Below are positions 1 to 10,144 of a stretch of DNA of 64,000 nucleotides, piece after piece. The notes under the pieces were generated by a model. The model did no database searches. It was given only the letters and a program-made list of their open reading frames with translations, and was not told where the DNA came from. This stretch comes from a virus: IMG/VR virus record IMGVR_UViG_3300036770_006330. One strand, given 5' to 3'. Positions within the stretch are counted from its first letter, which is position 1. Each line of letters begins with the position of its first letter. Made by a program: the position numbers and the translations under genes.

Positions 1-2
1 GT

Positions 3-566
3 GCGTGGGTGCATACGGCGCCTAGTGGACTTGTGCCTATCGCCCCAACTTCAGTTGGCAAAACTGGCACAAGCAGTACCGCAACAGCAAGTACCATCGG
101 TCAAGTCACTTTTGCGCTATGTGAAACGTTGTTGCTTAACGGAGTATTCACTAGTGCATATGCCAACTATCGCATTATGTTTACGGGGTTTGGTAGCACA
201 AGTCTGTCGTTATTGTCTCGTCTTAGTGTTAGCGGCACACCCTCCTCGGCTTCGTCTTACAATCGGCAACAGTTGGTTGCAACAAGTACAACAGTCGCCG
301 GATTGAGGGAAACCAGCCAAACCTCTTGGAACATTGCCAATAACCTTTCCACGGCGGGCGGTGACAATTTTTCGATGGATATTTTTAACCCCCAAGCAAC
401 GGCCAATACGTCATTCAACGTGTTATCGCTAAGTACGGCAAGCAGCAGCTATTGGCAATCAGTCGGTGGGTATTTCAACGCAACCACATCATTTGACGGA
501 ATACAATTTCTACCAAGCACGGGCAATTTCAGCGGAATCATTAGTGTTTATGGGTACAACCAATGA
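3..566 (+). CDS. tail fibre/receptor-binding protein, 5'-truncated
   Basis: Frame open from window start; Ser/Thr-rich; ends FDGIQFLPSTGNFSGIISVYGYN, typical of phage fibre head domains; overlaps the next gene by ATGA. Confidence 0.6.
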   Translation, partial: AWVHTAPSGLVPIAPTSVGKTGTSSTATASTIGQVTFALCETLLLNGVFTSAYANYRIMFTGFGSTSLSLLSRLSVSGTPSSASSYNRQQLVATSTTVAGLRETSQTSWNIANNLSTAGGDNFSMDIFNPQATANTSFNVLSLSTASSSYWQSVGGYFNATTSFDGIQFLPSTGNFSGIISVYGYNQ

Positions 567-748
567 GCAAAATTAGGATTTACGACGGTGGTTATTCGGA
601 TGAGCAACGCAAAGCCGACCAAGCAACGGCAAAAGAAAAACTTGAACAGGAACAAACGCAAAAAGACGCTAAAGAATCCGCCAAAGCCAAACTCGCCGCT
701 TTGGGTCTAACCGAAGACGAAGTTAACGCAATAATCGGAGGCATCTAG
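563..748 (+). CDS. small fibre-associated protein (putative fibre chaperone)
   Basis: 61 aa; AKESAKAKLAALGLTEDEVNAI C-terminus seen in small genes following phage fibre genes; coupled at both ends. Confidence 0.55.
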   Translation: MSKIRIYDGGYSDEQRKADQATAKEKLEQEQTQKDAKESAKAKLAALGLTEDEVNAIIGGI

Positions 749-1977
749 TGCCACTGACCTTCCCATCCTCTCCGTCTCCGGGCGATACGTACACGCTGAA
801 CGGTCGTACCTGGACGTACAACGGAACGTCTTGGAACCTCAGCTCCGATACGGTTGGCGTCGCCTCCGTTACGGCAAATGAAATTGCTGCCGGAGCTGTG
901 CAGGAGTCAAAGATTGCAACCGGCGCGGTAACGAGTGACAAGATAGGCGCACTCGCAGTTACAACCGGGAAGATTGATTCAAACGCAGTGACCACCGGAA
1001 AGATAGCAAGCGGTGCAGTTACGTCGGCAAAAATTGGGTCCGACGTAAATGTTATAACGGTGTGTACGTCAGGGACTCGCCCAGCATCACCGTTTACTGG
1101 ACAGACGATATTTGAGACCGATACAAGAAGAATGAAAGTATGGATTGGGTCCGCTTGGTCGACAGGAAGCCCACACGAATCAACCTTGACAATTGAGTAT
1201 CTAGTTGTGGCGGGGGGAGGAGCTGGTGCCGCTGACGGTGCGCAAAATGTAGGTAACGGCGGTGGTGGCGCTGGAGGCTATAGAACATCAGTTGTTGGCG
1301 ATACGAGTGGTGGTGGTAGTGCTGCAGAAAGTGTCTTAGTTCTTGGTCCAGGAACGTATACCGTAACGGTCGGAGCTGGTGGCGCAGGGGCGGTAAGCGC
1401 AAACAGAATCGGTGGAAATAATTCTATATTTCATACCGTTACGTCACTTGGTGGCGGCGGAGGCGGTTATTACGACAGCGCCGTCGGAGGGAATGGCGGT
1501 TCTGGTGGCGGTTCCGCTGTTGCGCAATCAGCAGCTGGACAAGGTACCGCTGGTCAGGGTTATAACGGAGCTGGATATTCTGGTGCTTACGGCGGTGGCG
1601 GAGGTGGTGCTGCATCAGCTGCAACCAACCAAAATGGCGGCTCAGGCAGGGCATCGACCATTGGCGGAACAAGCACAACATACGCTGGTGGAGGTGGGGC
1701 AACTGGGGCGTCGTCAACTGGAGGTTCGGGCGGCATCGGTGGAGGTGGCGCAGCATCAAGTGGTGGCGCCGCAACGAGTGGAACAGCAAATACCGGCGGT
1801 GGTGGTGGTGCTGGGCGTTCAAGTAATGCTTCTGGCAATGGCGGTTCGGGCCTTGTTGTAGTTCGCTATTTAACTGGAGAGGGTTCGGCATTCAATATCA
1901 CTGGAGGAACCGCTACGGTATTTGGTGCATACACGATTCGAACTTTTACGGCTAGCGGAAGTTTGGTGATTTCCTGA
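748..1977 (+). CDS. glycine-rich tail fibre protein
   Basis: N-terminal LTFPSSP..GRTW module, 10-aa AVTxxKI repeats, VCTS..RPASPF.GQ module, Gly-rich domain (EYLVVAGGG...GGSGLVVVRY). Confidence 0.75.
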   Translation: MPLTFPSSPSPGDTYTLNGRTWTYNGTSWNLSSDTVGVASVTANEIAAGAVQESKIATGAVTSDKIGALAVTTGKIDSNAVTTGKIASGAVTSAKIGSDVNVITVCTSGTRPASPFTGQTIFETDTRRMKVWIGSAWSTGSPHESTLTIEYLVVAGGGAGAADGAQNVGNGGGGAGGYRTSVVGDTSGGGSAAESVLVLGPGTYTVTVGAGGAGAVSANRIGGNNSIFHTVTSLGGGGGGYYDSAVGGNGGSGGGSAVAQSAAGQGTAGQGYNGAGYSGAYGGGGGGAASAATNQNGGSGRASTIGGTSTTYAGGGGATGASSTGGSGGIGGGGAASSGGAATSGTANTGGGGGAGRSSNASGNGGSGLVVVRYLTGEGSAFNITGGTATVFGAYTIRTFTASGSLVIS

Positions 1978-3524
1978 TGCCAATCGATTTCCCCGACAAT
2001 CCAACCAACGGAGACACTTTTACGTCAAGCGGCAAGACGTGGGAATTTGACGGCGAATCATGGTCGCTGAAGATTTCTATACCATCTGCACCAAGTGGCT
2101 CAGTGACAGCAGACAAGCTCGCTGCTAGCGCAGTTACGGCAGAAAAGATAGCCAATGATGCCGTCACAAATGACAAAATTGCAGCCGGAGCGGTGACAGC
2201 AACCGAACTTGGTGCGTTTGCCGTTACAACAGGGAAAATTGATGCACTTGCAGTAACAAGCGGAAAGCTTGCAGCAGATTCTGTAACTGAATCGAAAATT
2301 GGTGCAGGAGCCGTAACGGCAGCAAAAATCGGTTCCAACGTAAATGTTGTAACAGTGTGCACTTCTTCCAACCGCCCTGCATCACCATTTACGGGCCAAG
2401 TCATTTACATGTCTGATACCGACGAGACCGCAGTATGGAATGGGACGTTCTGGGAGGGTCTAGATAGGCCAGCAAATCGAAATATTGTGATTAACGGCGG
2501 TATGAATATTGCCCAACGCGGCACAACAAGCACCCAACCTGTTGGCTACCTTACCGCAGACAGATGGCAAACCTATCGATACGAAGCAGGCGACTTTACT
2601 CAGTCCATTAGTTCCGATGTGCCGTCGGGAACACAATTTAGAAAATCAATGGACGTAACGTGCACAGCTAAAAGAGAAAATCTGGACCCTCTATCAAATC
2701 ACATGATTCGTCAGACGTTTGAGGGGCAGTTCCTGCAACACATAATGAAAGGAACTGCAAACGCCAAGCCTCTAACCCTCTCGTTTTGGGTTAAGTCAAA
2801 TCTTACGGGCACGTACATAGCAGAGCTAATGAATGATGACCACGCCAGGGCGATTTCCGCTTCTTATGTAATAAATACATCAGATACGTGGGAACAAAAA
2901 ATAATCACATTTCCACCAGATACTGTTGGCGCTCTGTTTGACAACGATAACCAAGGGTCTCTGGTGCTGAGATTGCATCTTTGTTCTGGTAGTAATTACA
3001 ACAGTGGTGGCTCTCTCAATACCCAATGGAATTCGGTCGGCGTACATTACGACAGGGCACTGGTTGGCCAAACAAATCTAGGTCATTCCACTGGCAATTT
3101 CTGGAGAATAACAGGGATACAACTGGAAGCAAGTTCTGTTGCTACGCCTTTTGAGAACAAACCAGATGCGGAAGTATTGCTCCAGTGCAGGCGATATTAC
3201 CTAAAACTCAACGCAGAAAATAACTATGGAACATTTGCGTTTGGGTCAGCTAAGTCAACAACCCAAGTCATATTCCATATGCCATTACCCCAAAGAATGA
3301 GGCTTCGGCCAACGATTGTGCAACTAATTGGCACACATCAGATGTATGACGGAGTAAGTGTTTTTAATATTACCAACACTGTTGCAAATGCTGACCTGGC
3401 ATCAACAACGGATGCTGCGTCGTTTACGCTCTCTGCTGCAAGCGGTCTCACGCAATACAGGCCATATTTCTTGTCGGCTGGAGCAGACGCAACTGCCTAC
3501 CTTGCGATAAATGCAGAATTTTAG
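1977..3524 (+). CDS. tail fibre protein with carbohydrate-binding-like domain
   Basis: MPIDFP module, 10-aa repeats, VCTS module, RNIVINGGMNIAQRG...ADRW...QLEA...TPFE..CRRYY fibre domain. Confidence 0.75.
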   Translation: MPIDFPDNPTNGDTFTSSGKTWEFDGESWSLKISIPSAPSGSVTADKLAASAVTAEKIANDAVTNDKIAAGAVTATELGAFAVTTGKIDALAVTSGKLAADSVTESKIGAGAVTAAKIGSNVNVVTVCTSSNRPASPFTGQVIYMSDTDETAVWNGTFWEGLDRPANRNIVINGGMNIAQRGTTSTQPVGYLTADRWQTYRYEAGDFTQSISSDVPSGTQFRKSMDVTCTAKRENLDPLSNHMIRQTFEGQFLQHIMKGTANAKPLTLSFWVKSNLTGTYIAELMNDDHARAISASYVINTSDTWEQKIITFPPDTVGALFDNDNQGSLVLRLHLCSGSNYNSGGSLNTQWNSVGVHYDRALVGQTNLGHSTGNFWRITGIQLEASSVATPFENKPDAEVLLQCRRYYLKLNAENNYGTFAFGSAKSTTQVIFHMPLPQRMRLRPTIVQLIGTHQMYDGVSVFNITNTVANADLASTTDAASFTLSAASGLTQYRPYFLSAGADATAYLAINAEF

Positions 3525-3537
3525 GAGTGACTAACTA

Positions 3538-3906
3538 ATGCCAATAGATTTTCCAAACACACCGACCAACGGGGACTCGTACTCGGCCGGCGGCAAAACC
3601 TGGGTTTATAACGGCTCCGCATCTGCCTGGGCCCTTTTCGGCTTACCAACCGCGATTGCTAATGGTTCTGTTGGAACAGGCCAGATGGCTGACGGCTCAG
3701 TAACAATGGTAAAACTCCATTCTGAAGTGATGTCAACAATTGACAACATGGATGACGTCGACTTGACAGTTGCGCCAGAAGAAGGTCATTTTCTTCGATA
3801 CTCAAGCAGTGCATCAGCCTGGATATCAGCTTCTGCAGCATCTGGCGGAGGTGGCCTTGATACAGAGTCGGATGGTGCGATAATAATGATGGACATTGGG
3901 GCTTAA
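3538..3906 (+). CDS. short fibre-like structural protein
   Basis: MPIDFP module plus DDVD..PEEGHFLRY module shared with 11479..11727. Confidence 0.6.
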   Translation: MPIDFPNTPTNGDSYSAGGKTWVYNGSASAWALFGLPTAIANGSVGTGQMADGSVTMVKLHSEVMSTIDNMDDVDLTVAPEEGHFLRYSSSASAWISASAASGGGGLDTESDGAIIMMDIGA

Positions 3907-3907
3907 C

Positions 3908-4243
3908 ATGGCTATTGCAAGAACAGAATCACGACTTGGCGGACCGATTCAGCTCGGAACGACTACGACCACAATATGCACGGCTGCTGCTGGCACGACC
4001 GACATTATCAAGCAGCTCATCATTTGCAATACGGATACCGTCGAGCGGCTCTTCACGCTTGCGATTGGCTCCGCGGCAACTGCTTCAAACAGGATGTTTT
4101 CGTCAATGCCGATTGGGGCAAGTGACACGATTGTTCTCGATACCGCGATAGTTCTCGCCCCCACTGAAACGCTTCAGGGATTGGCTGACACCGGAGCCAA
4201 GGTAACAGTAACCGCATTTGGCTGGGAGAAGACAACTGTCTAA
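3908..4243 (+). CDS. small beta-rich virion protein
   Basis: ATG at 3908 just after upstream stop; similar in size and pattern to 11728..12057. Confidence 0.55.
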   Translation: MAIARTESRLGGPIQLGTTTTTICTAAAGTTDIIKQLIICNTDTVERLFTLAIGSAATASNRMFSSMPIGASDTIVLDTAIVLAPTETLQGLADTGAKVTVTAFGWEKTTV

Positions 4244-5274
4244 TGGGTCTCTCTGCTGGTCTCGGTAGCGGCGGTCTCAGACCGGGCGTTTGTACTTCGA
4301 CGAGTCTTCCAGGCTCGCCGTATATTGGGCAAACCGTATTCGAGACAGACACTGGGGTTATGAGGGTATATACAGCAAATGGTTGGTCGGCTGGATATGT
4401 TCACAATTATGTTTTGGAACTTGAGTATCTAATTATCGGGGGCGGAGGCGGCGCTGGTGGAAGCGCTGGGGTAAGCATCGCATCTGGTGGAGGTGGAGCA
4501 GGTGGCTACAGGTGCTCAGTCCAAGGAGAATCATCCGGCGGAGGAGCCACGGCTGAAGCAAAATTGCCAATTTATTCGTTGCAGAATATTGCCGTCACGG
4601 TTGGAGGAGGCGGCAGCGGTGGAGGGCCAGGGTTCGCAACTGGAGCGAACGGAGGCAACTCTTCTTTTGGTTCAATCACTTCTCTTGGCGGTGGTGGCGG
4701 TGGTACTTGGAGCAATGTGGCGACATCTGGCGGTAGCGGTGGCGGCGCAGGAGAAAATGGGCAAAGCACTGGCCCTGGCTCCGGAACGATAGGACAGGGT
4801 TATGCAGGTGGCGATGACAGTGGATACGACGGTGGAGTTCCATCTGCCGGAGGTGGAGGTGGCGGCGCTGGTGGCGTCGGCAAAAACACAACAGATACAT
4901 CAACTGGCGGCAATGGTGGAGCTGGGGTAAGTTCCTCAATAGATGGCGTTGCAACATTCCGTGCTGGTGGTGGCGGTGGAGCAGCAAATGGAACCGCTGG
5001 AACTGGTGGTAGTGGAGGGGGCGGAGCGGGCCGCCAAGGAACAACAGGTTCAGGAACAAACGGCACTGCGAATACCGGAGGAGGTGGTGGCGGGTCACTC
5101 ACAAACGCAAATGAAGCCGGCCAGCAGGGCGGTTCTGGTGGCGCAGGGGTTGTGATTGTCCGCTATCTCACATTAAATGCGTCTGGGAGAACTATTACTG
5201 GCGGAACAAAGACACTGTCTGGGCCATACACAATTCATACATTCACTTCTAGCGGAACGTTCTCAGTGGCATGA
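4243..5274 (+). CDS. glycine-rich tail fibre protein
   Basis: VCTS module followed by Gly-rich domain paralogous to that of 748..1977. Confidence 0.75.
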   Translation: MGLSAGLGSGGLRPGVCTSTSLPGSPYIGQTVFETDTGVMRVYTANGWSAGYVHNYVLELEYLIIGGGGGAGGSAGVSIASGGGGAGGYRCSVQGESSGGGATAEAKLPIYSLQNIAVTVGGGGSGGGPGFATGANGGNSSFGSITSLGGGGGGTWSNVATSGGSGGGAGENGQSTGPGSGTIGQGYAGGDDSGYDGGVPSAGGGGGGAGGVGKNTTDTSTGGNGGAGVSSSIDGVATFRAGGGGGAANGTAGTGGSGGGGAGRQGTTGSGTNGTANTGGGGGGSLTNANEAGQQGGSGGAGVVIVRYLTLNASGRTITGGTKTLSGPYTIHTFTSSGTFSVA

Positions 5275-6449
5275 GTGTTTCGGGAACAAATCAGGGCATT
5301 CGTCCGGGGGTGTGTCTTTCGACGACCAAGCCTGCAGCTCCGTTTGTTGGCCAGGTCATTTACATGTCGGATACCGACGAAACGGCGGTGTGGGACGGTA
5401 CGGCTTGGGAGGGCCTGAACAGGTCTCGTGACCGCAACGTCATAATTAATGGCGCAATGCAAGTACATCAACGTGGAACATCAGCTACGGGCAATACGAC
5501 TGGCGGTTACCTTACGGCCGATAGATTCATACTAACACCATCCTCTCTTGGGACGTGGACGCAAACAATAGAAAGTGATGCACCAACTGGTTCTGGTTTC
5601 CGTAAATCATTAAAATTGCTGTGTACGACTGCTGATGCATCTCCGGCATCGGGTGACTACCTTTTATTGCGTCAGTATATTGAGGGTCAAAATCTTCAGG
5701 GTTTTGCAAAAGGAACACCGCTAGCCAAACCACTTACTTTGTCTTTTTGGGTGAAAGCCAATGTCACCGGAACATTTGTCATGCAACTCGAAGATTTGAA
5801 TAATTCCAGAGCAATCTCCTCATCGTATACCGTTGTTTCATCGGGGACATGGGAGAAAAAAATTATTACATTTAGCGCCGACACTGTTGGCGAATTAGCC
5901 AATAACGAAAATGCCAGCCTTGTCGTCAATATGTGGCTCGCCGCTGGCTCGAATTACACGAGTTCTTCATTGCAAACAACATGGGGCGGACCAAACTGGA
6001 CAAATGGCACAACTGCTGGTGGTTTAGTGAATCTTGCTTCTGCAACGAACAATTATTGGCAAATTACCGGAATTCAATTTGAGGCTGGTTCCGTCGCAAG
6101 CCCTTTTGAATTTGAAGACTATGGAACCACACTCAGAAAGTGTCAGCGATATTACTATAGGTCAACTGGATTAAGTTATTTTACATACGCACCGACAGTG
6201 GGCAACTCATATTCGTCAAGAGTCTATTTCCCAACAACAATGCGTGGAACCCCCGTCGTAACAATGTATACAGGGGCAAATCAGACCGGAACGAGTGGGC
6301 AAATTCTTGGATACAACAGTTCTGGAAGCACTGGAGCAGCAAACGTGACGACAGAACAAGTGACAGGAGAAGGGTTCCAACACTTTGTATCCGGAACCAC
6401 AACAACAGCATCAAACTGTTCGTACGCCGTGACTGCTGAGTTAGGGTAA
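5271..6449 (+). CDS. tail fibre protein with carbohydrate-binding-like domain
   Basis: VCLS module plus RNVIINGAMQVHQRG domain paralogous to 1977..3524. Confidence 0.75.
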   Translation: MSVSGTNQGIRPGVCLSTTKPAAPFVGQVIYMSDTDETAVWDGTAWEGLNRSRDRNVIINGAMQVHQRGTSATGNTTGGYLTADRFILTPSSLGTWTQTIESDAPTGSGFRKSLKLLCTTADASPASGDYLLLRQYIEGQNLQGFAKGTPLAKPLTLSFWVKANVTGTFVMQLEDLNNSRAISSSYTVVSSGTWEKKIITFSADTVGELANNENASLVVNMWLAAGSNYTSSSLQTTWGGPNWTNGTTAGGLVNLASATNNYWQITGIQFEAGSVASPFEFEDYGTTLRKCQRYYYRSTGLSYFTYAPTVGNSYSSRVYFPTTMRGTPVVTMYTGANQTGTSGQILGYNSSGSTGAANVTTEQVTGEGFQHFVSGTTTTASNCSYAVTAELG

Positions 6450-6466
6450 AAGGATGGATAATAATT

Positions 6467-7534
6467 ATGCCACTGAGTAACGTAACCGGCGCTGGCTCAA
6501 TATCTCGTCCAGGGGTATGCACGTCAACAACTAGGCCGTCGTCGCCTTATGACGGACAAGTTATTTATATGACTGATGTTGACCAAACGGCAGTGTGGGA
6601 TGGGTCATCGTGGGTGGTACTAGCACCGATTGCTGGCGGTAGGAACAGAATCATAAATGGTGCATTTGATGTTTGGCAACGTGGAACTTCATTTACATTA
6701 GTGAACAACACTGATACATATACTGCTGACCGATGGTTGAACTGGTTCAATGGCTCATCCAATGGAACACAAACCGCTTCGAGGCAAACGCATACGGTTG
6801 GACAAACTGATGTTCCTGGAAATCCAACATACTTTTTCCGTTGGACTGGAACAACATTGGGTACAGGTCAAACCGTAATTGACCTTAGACAACGAATTGA
6901 GAATGTTGCCACCGGCGCAGGTCAAAAAGTAACATTTACTTATTATGCCAAAAGTTCTAGTGCTTTAGCATCTGGCAGTGTTGCTATTATTTTCTCACAG
7001 AACTTTGGTTCGGGCGGTTCTTCCACTGTTGACACAACCGCAACATTGTCCGCAACCAACCTTACGACAGGGTGGGTTCGCTACACCGCAACGGCAACCC
7101 TACCATCGATTTCAGGAAAGACAGTCGGAACCTCAAATTATTTGCAGGTGCTAATGCGTTTTTCAAACATAGTCAATGGTCTATCTATTGACGTATCTAA
7201 CGCTCAGTTTGAACAAGGTGCGGTAGCAACACCATTCGAGTTCGAGGACTACGGCACCACCCAAAGAAAATGTCAAAGGTACTTTTTCAGATACCAAGGA
7301 CGTCTTATCTTTTGGAAACTTCGTGAGTCTGACAGGCTTAGGAGAAGCCAGTATTACTACCCAACAACGATGAGAGCCGCACCAACGGTCACTGTTGTCA
7401 CATCAAACGCGGATGGAGGAACGACAGTAGTTCCAGCAAACTCGTATGAGCACACTGTTCAGTTTGAGTCAACTGGAGGAAACGATTCCAGCGCTCCGTA
7501 TGTTGACGAATTTACTGCGAGCATAGAATTATGA
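6467..7534 (+). CDS. tail fibre protein with carbohydrate-binding-like domain
   Basis: VCTS module plus RNRIINGAFDVWQRG...PFEFEDYGTTQRKCQRY. Confidence 0.75.
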   Translation: MPLSNVTGAGSISRPGVCTSTTRPSSPYDGQVIYMTDVDQTAVWDGSSWVVLAPIAGGRNRIINGAFDVWQRGTSFTLVNNTDTYTADRWLNWFNGSSNGTQTASRQTHTVGQTDVPGNPTYFFRWTGTTLGTGQTVIDLRQRIENVATGAGQKVTFTYYAKSSSALASGSVAIIFSQNFGSGGSSTVDTTATLSATNLTTGWVRYTATATLPSISGKTVGTSNYLQVLMRFSNIVNGLSIDVSNAQFEQGAVATPFEFEDYGTTQRKCQRYFFRYQGRLIFWKLRESDRLRRSQYYYPTTMRAAPTVTVVTSNADGGTTVVPANSYEHTVQFESTGGNDSSAPYVDEFTASIEL

Positions 7535-7683
7535 TGTACAAGGTTTTTGAAAACATGGTTGTTCGTATGTCTGACATGGCTTGGATACCTCAAGACCCAG
7601 CAAACACTGACTATCAGCAGTATTTATCATGGGTCGCTGAAGGCAACACCGCAGAAGAATGGAGTCCTGATGCCACCGAGTAA
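7531..7683 (+). CDS. tail fibre assembly chaperone-like small protein (not in ORF track)
   Basis: Hand translation, 50 aa: MMYKVFENMVVRMSDMAWIPQDPANTDYQQYLSWVAEGNTAEEWSPDATE; IPxDPxNxDYQxYLxWxAEGN motif; ATGA overlap. Confidence 0.75.
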   Translation: MMYKVFENMVVRMSDMAWIPQDPANTDYQQYLSWVAEGNTAEEWSPDATE

Positions 7684-7688
7684 CGTAA

Positions 7689-8183
7689 ATGGAAATATTT
7701 GATGACTTTCTCCCCAGGGAGACGCACGAAGAAATTGAAACAACCATGTGTGGATATCAGTTCCCGTGGTACTTCAATAGCAGCATCATCTACAAAGAGA
7801 ATGACCTATCCAAATCCATGGAACACTTCCAGTTCACTCACATTTTCTATATGTCAGGGCGTCCGGCTAGTGACTACTTCCAGATGGTTGAACCACTCAT
7901 TGGGAAGATGAAAATAAGGTCCTTAATTAGGATGAAGGCAAACCTTGTAACGAGGGGTTCGAACATAGAAGAACACGGATACCACACGGACAATGATTAC
8001 CTGGACGCAAAAACAGCTGTGTTTTATGTCAATTCAAATGACGGCTATACGACGTTCGCTGATGGACAAAAGGTACGAAGTATTGCCAATAGGTTGGTTA
8101 CATTCCCATCCAATCTGGAGCATTCGGGGACAAACTGCACCGACAAAAAGACAAGAGTTGTTATAAATATCAACTACTTCTGA
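7689..8183 (+). CDS. 2OG-Fe(II) oxygenase
   Basis: HTD...H(SGT)...R(VVININYF) facial triad and 2OG-binding Arg; FPWY motif. Confidence 0.8.
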   Translation: MEIFDDFLPRETHEEIETTMCGYQFPWYFNSSIIYKENDLSKSMEHFQFTHIFYMSGRPASDYFQMVEPLIGKMKIRSLIRMKANLVTRGSNIEEHGYHTDNDYLDAKTAVFYVNSNDGYTTFADGQKVRSIANRLVTFPSNLEHSGTNCTDKKTRVVININYF

Positions 8184-8187
8184 ACTA

Positions 8188-8196
8188 TGCCATAAT
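8188..8196 (+). promoter_or_regulatory. -10 element (CATAAT), near-leaderless start at 8206
   Basis: CATAATTGA, also found at 11465, both 8-9 nt before the ATG of a DFP-module gene. Confidence 0.4.
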
Positions 8197-8205
8197 TGAT
8201 TGCAT

Positions 8206-9270
8206 ATGCCTTCCATAGATTTCCCCGACATCAACGTAGCAAGCGGCTCAATTTTTACATCAGGTGACAAAACCTGGGAATTTAACGGCGTGTCATGGGA
8301 GCTTGTCATGTCCGTGGAGCAGATTGGCACTGCATCCATCGCTGATGAAAAGCTTGCCGCAAATTCGGTTACAACAAGCAAAATTGCTAACGCTGCAGTA
8401 ACCACGGCAAAAATAGGCACTGGAGCAGTCGGTGAATCAAATATTGCCAATGACGCAATCACCTCATCAAAGATTGCCAATAATGCAGTTGGTTCAAGCG
8501 AAATTGCTGCCGAGTCAGTTACGACGGGCAAACTTGCCAACGAGTCTGTCACGGAGTCAAAACTCGCTACTAGCGCTGTTACGACAGACAAGCTAAACGC
8601 GGGCTCTGTTGTCGAAGCAAAAATCGGCGCTGGAGCCGTAACAAATTCAAAGCTCGCAGACGGTTCTGTTGGTACAACAAAAATTGCCAACAGCGCCATA
8701 ACGACTGACAAAATTGACGCAAATGCTGTCGCTCTTGGTACGCAGACAACAGGTAATTACGTTTCAGACGTAGTGGCAGGAACAGGGGTAACGGTTACCC
8801 ACACCCCGGGCGAAGGTTCGAGTGCAACCATAGCAATCGGTCAGGCGGTCGAAACAACGAGCGAAGTTACAGTTGCAGGCCTGAAAACAACGTCTGCAAT
8901 CGAGCTGCTTACGATTTCTGCAACTGCAGCAACCGGAACAATTAACCTTGACATGGCGAACGGAACCACCTACTACACTTCGAACTCAACCGCGAACTGG
9001 ACCGTTAATCTAAGATGGAATTCGGGAACAAGTCTAAACACAAAACTTGCAATTGGGGAAATGGCGACCACATGTTTTTTGGTTACAAATGGAATCGCGT
9101 ACTATGCGACTGCGCATCAGATTGCCGGAGGGGCCGTCACTCCAAAATGGCAAGGTGGGTCTGCGCCAACAGCAGGAAACGCAAACTCAATTGACATGTA
9201 TACATATACTGTTGTAAAAACAGCAGCGAATACATTTAGCCTCTTTGCGGCATTGACTAGGTTTGCGTAG
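8206..9270 (+). CDS. tail fibre shaft protein with C-terminal adaptor domain
   Basis: MPSIDFP module, about 13 AVTxxKIAxx repeats, C-terminal TPKWQGGSAP...IDMYTYTVVK domain. Confidence 0.75.
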   Translation: MPSIDFPDINVASGSIFTSGDKTWEFNGVSWELVMSVEQIGTASIADEKLAANSVTTSKIANAAVTTAKIGTGAVGESNIANDAITSSKIANNAVGSSEIAAESVTTGKLANESVTESKLATSAVTTDKLNAGSVVEAKIGAGAVTNSKLADGSVGTTKIANSAITTDKIDANAVALGTQTTGNYVSDVVAGTGVTVTHTPGEGSSATIAIGQAVETTSEVTVAGLKTTSAIELLTISATAATGTINLDMANGTTYYTSNSTANWTVNLRWNSGTSLNTKLAIGEMATTCFLVTNGIAYYATAHQIAGGAVTPKWQGGSAPTAGNANSIDMYTYTVVKTAANTFSLFAALTRFA

Positions 9271-9272
9271 CA

Positions 9273-9740
9273 ATGCCGTACTTGAATCGAATTGGTAGCG
9301 GGTCGGCTAGAAAATTCGGGCTATCTAAGGGTTCGTTTAAGTGTTTAACGAATGCCGGGATTGTTACGCTTGGCGCCGACAACAGGTGTTATTACCCAGC
9401 AAATTATGCAGCCACTGCTACCACAACAACATATTCCTGCCAGCAGGGACCAGGTTGCTATAGCGGCGGCGGAACGTGGGGCAGCGAACCGAACGCTGGC
9501 TGTTGCAGTTGCGCTGGATGCCCCTATGCTGGCTGTATTGGATGCTTCAGCGTTTATTGCAACTGCTATAACTCGAGCTGGCAGTTTTTGGGTAACGTCA
9601 GCGGCGGTTGCTATCAGCCGTACTACATAACGACGACTTGCTCAAGCACCTCATATTCATGCCCGGTAAACAGCGGGGTTGCCACCCTAAGTGGTACGAC
9701 ATGCGTCTATCCAGCCTCCTATAATGCAACCCTAATCTGA
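9273..9740 (+). CDS. cysteine-rich protein (putative fibre tip)
   Basis: 16 Cys in 155 aa; MPYL..GSGSARKFG N-terminus; starts 2 nt after the shaft gene. Confidence 0.6.
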   Translation: MPYLNRIGSGSARKFGLSKGSFKCLTNAGIVTLGADNRCYYPANYAATATTTTYSCQQGPGCYSGGGTWGSEPNAGCCSCAGCPYAGCIGCFSVYCNCYNSSWQFLGNVSGGCYQPYYITTTCSSTSYSCPVNSGVATLSGTTCVYPASYNATLI

Positions 9741-9764
9741 TAGATACACGAGGACGCATAGCAC

Positions 9765-10085
9765 ATGTCAAACCCAGAAGTAGAATCAGCACACTCTCAA
9801 TCGGCAAATTTTGATGAAATGACATCCGAACAGAAGCAAGATTTCTTTGCGCAAATAGGATTCGCAAGCTCTCAAGTAAGCCCAGACGGATTCGAATTCT
9901 TCGCTTTTGTGGTCGATGGCAAGGTGGCGGTTGTTTTCATTGCCAACAAAGAAAGCATGCATAAAGAGATTGCTGCATGGTCGTCAAATCCGACGATAGT
10001 CAAATTGGCCCCAGAGCAGAAAAATGTTGTGCTCGAAAACTGGAATTATGATGACCAAACTGGGGAATTTTCCGAACCAGAATAG
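9765..10085 (+). CDS. hypothetical protein, paralog of 25907..26143
   Basis: Shared EFFAFVVDGxV...WxSNPxIVxLAPEQKxVV...W...GxFxxPE. Confidence 0.7.
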   Translation: MSNPEVESAHSQSANFDEMTSEQKQDFFAQIGFASSQVSPDGFEFFAFVVDGKVAVVFIANKESMHKEIAAWSSNPTIVKLAPEQKNVVLENWNYDDQTGEFSEPE

Positions 10086-10144
10086 GCAGTAAATCGGTTA
10101 ATTTCCGATAGTGTAGGCTTACCAGCACACTGAAAGGTAAAACC

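Noticed and set aside
1094-5155. His/Arg- and Pro-rich alternative-frame ORFs
   Set aside because: By-products of Gly-rich GGN codon runs in the real genes
1977-7534. Diversity-generating retroelement acting on fibre heads
   Set aside because: No reverse transcriptase, and paralog differences are synonymous rather than adenine-specific
9273-9740. Secreted bacteriocin/RiPP precursor
   Set aside because: No double-Gly leader, exporter or radical SAM enzyme; position indicates a fibre tip
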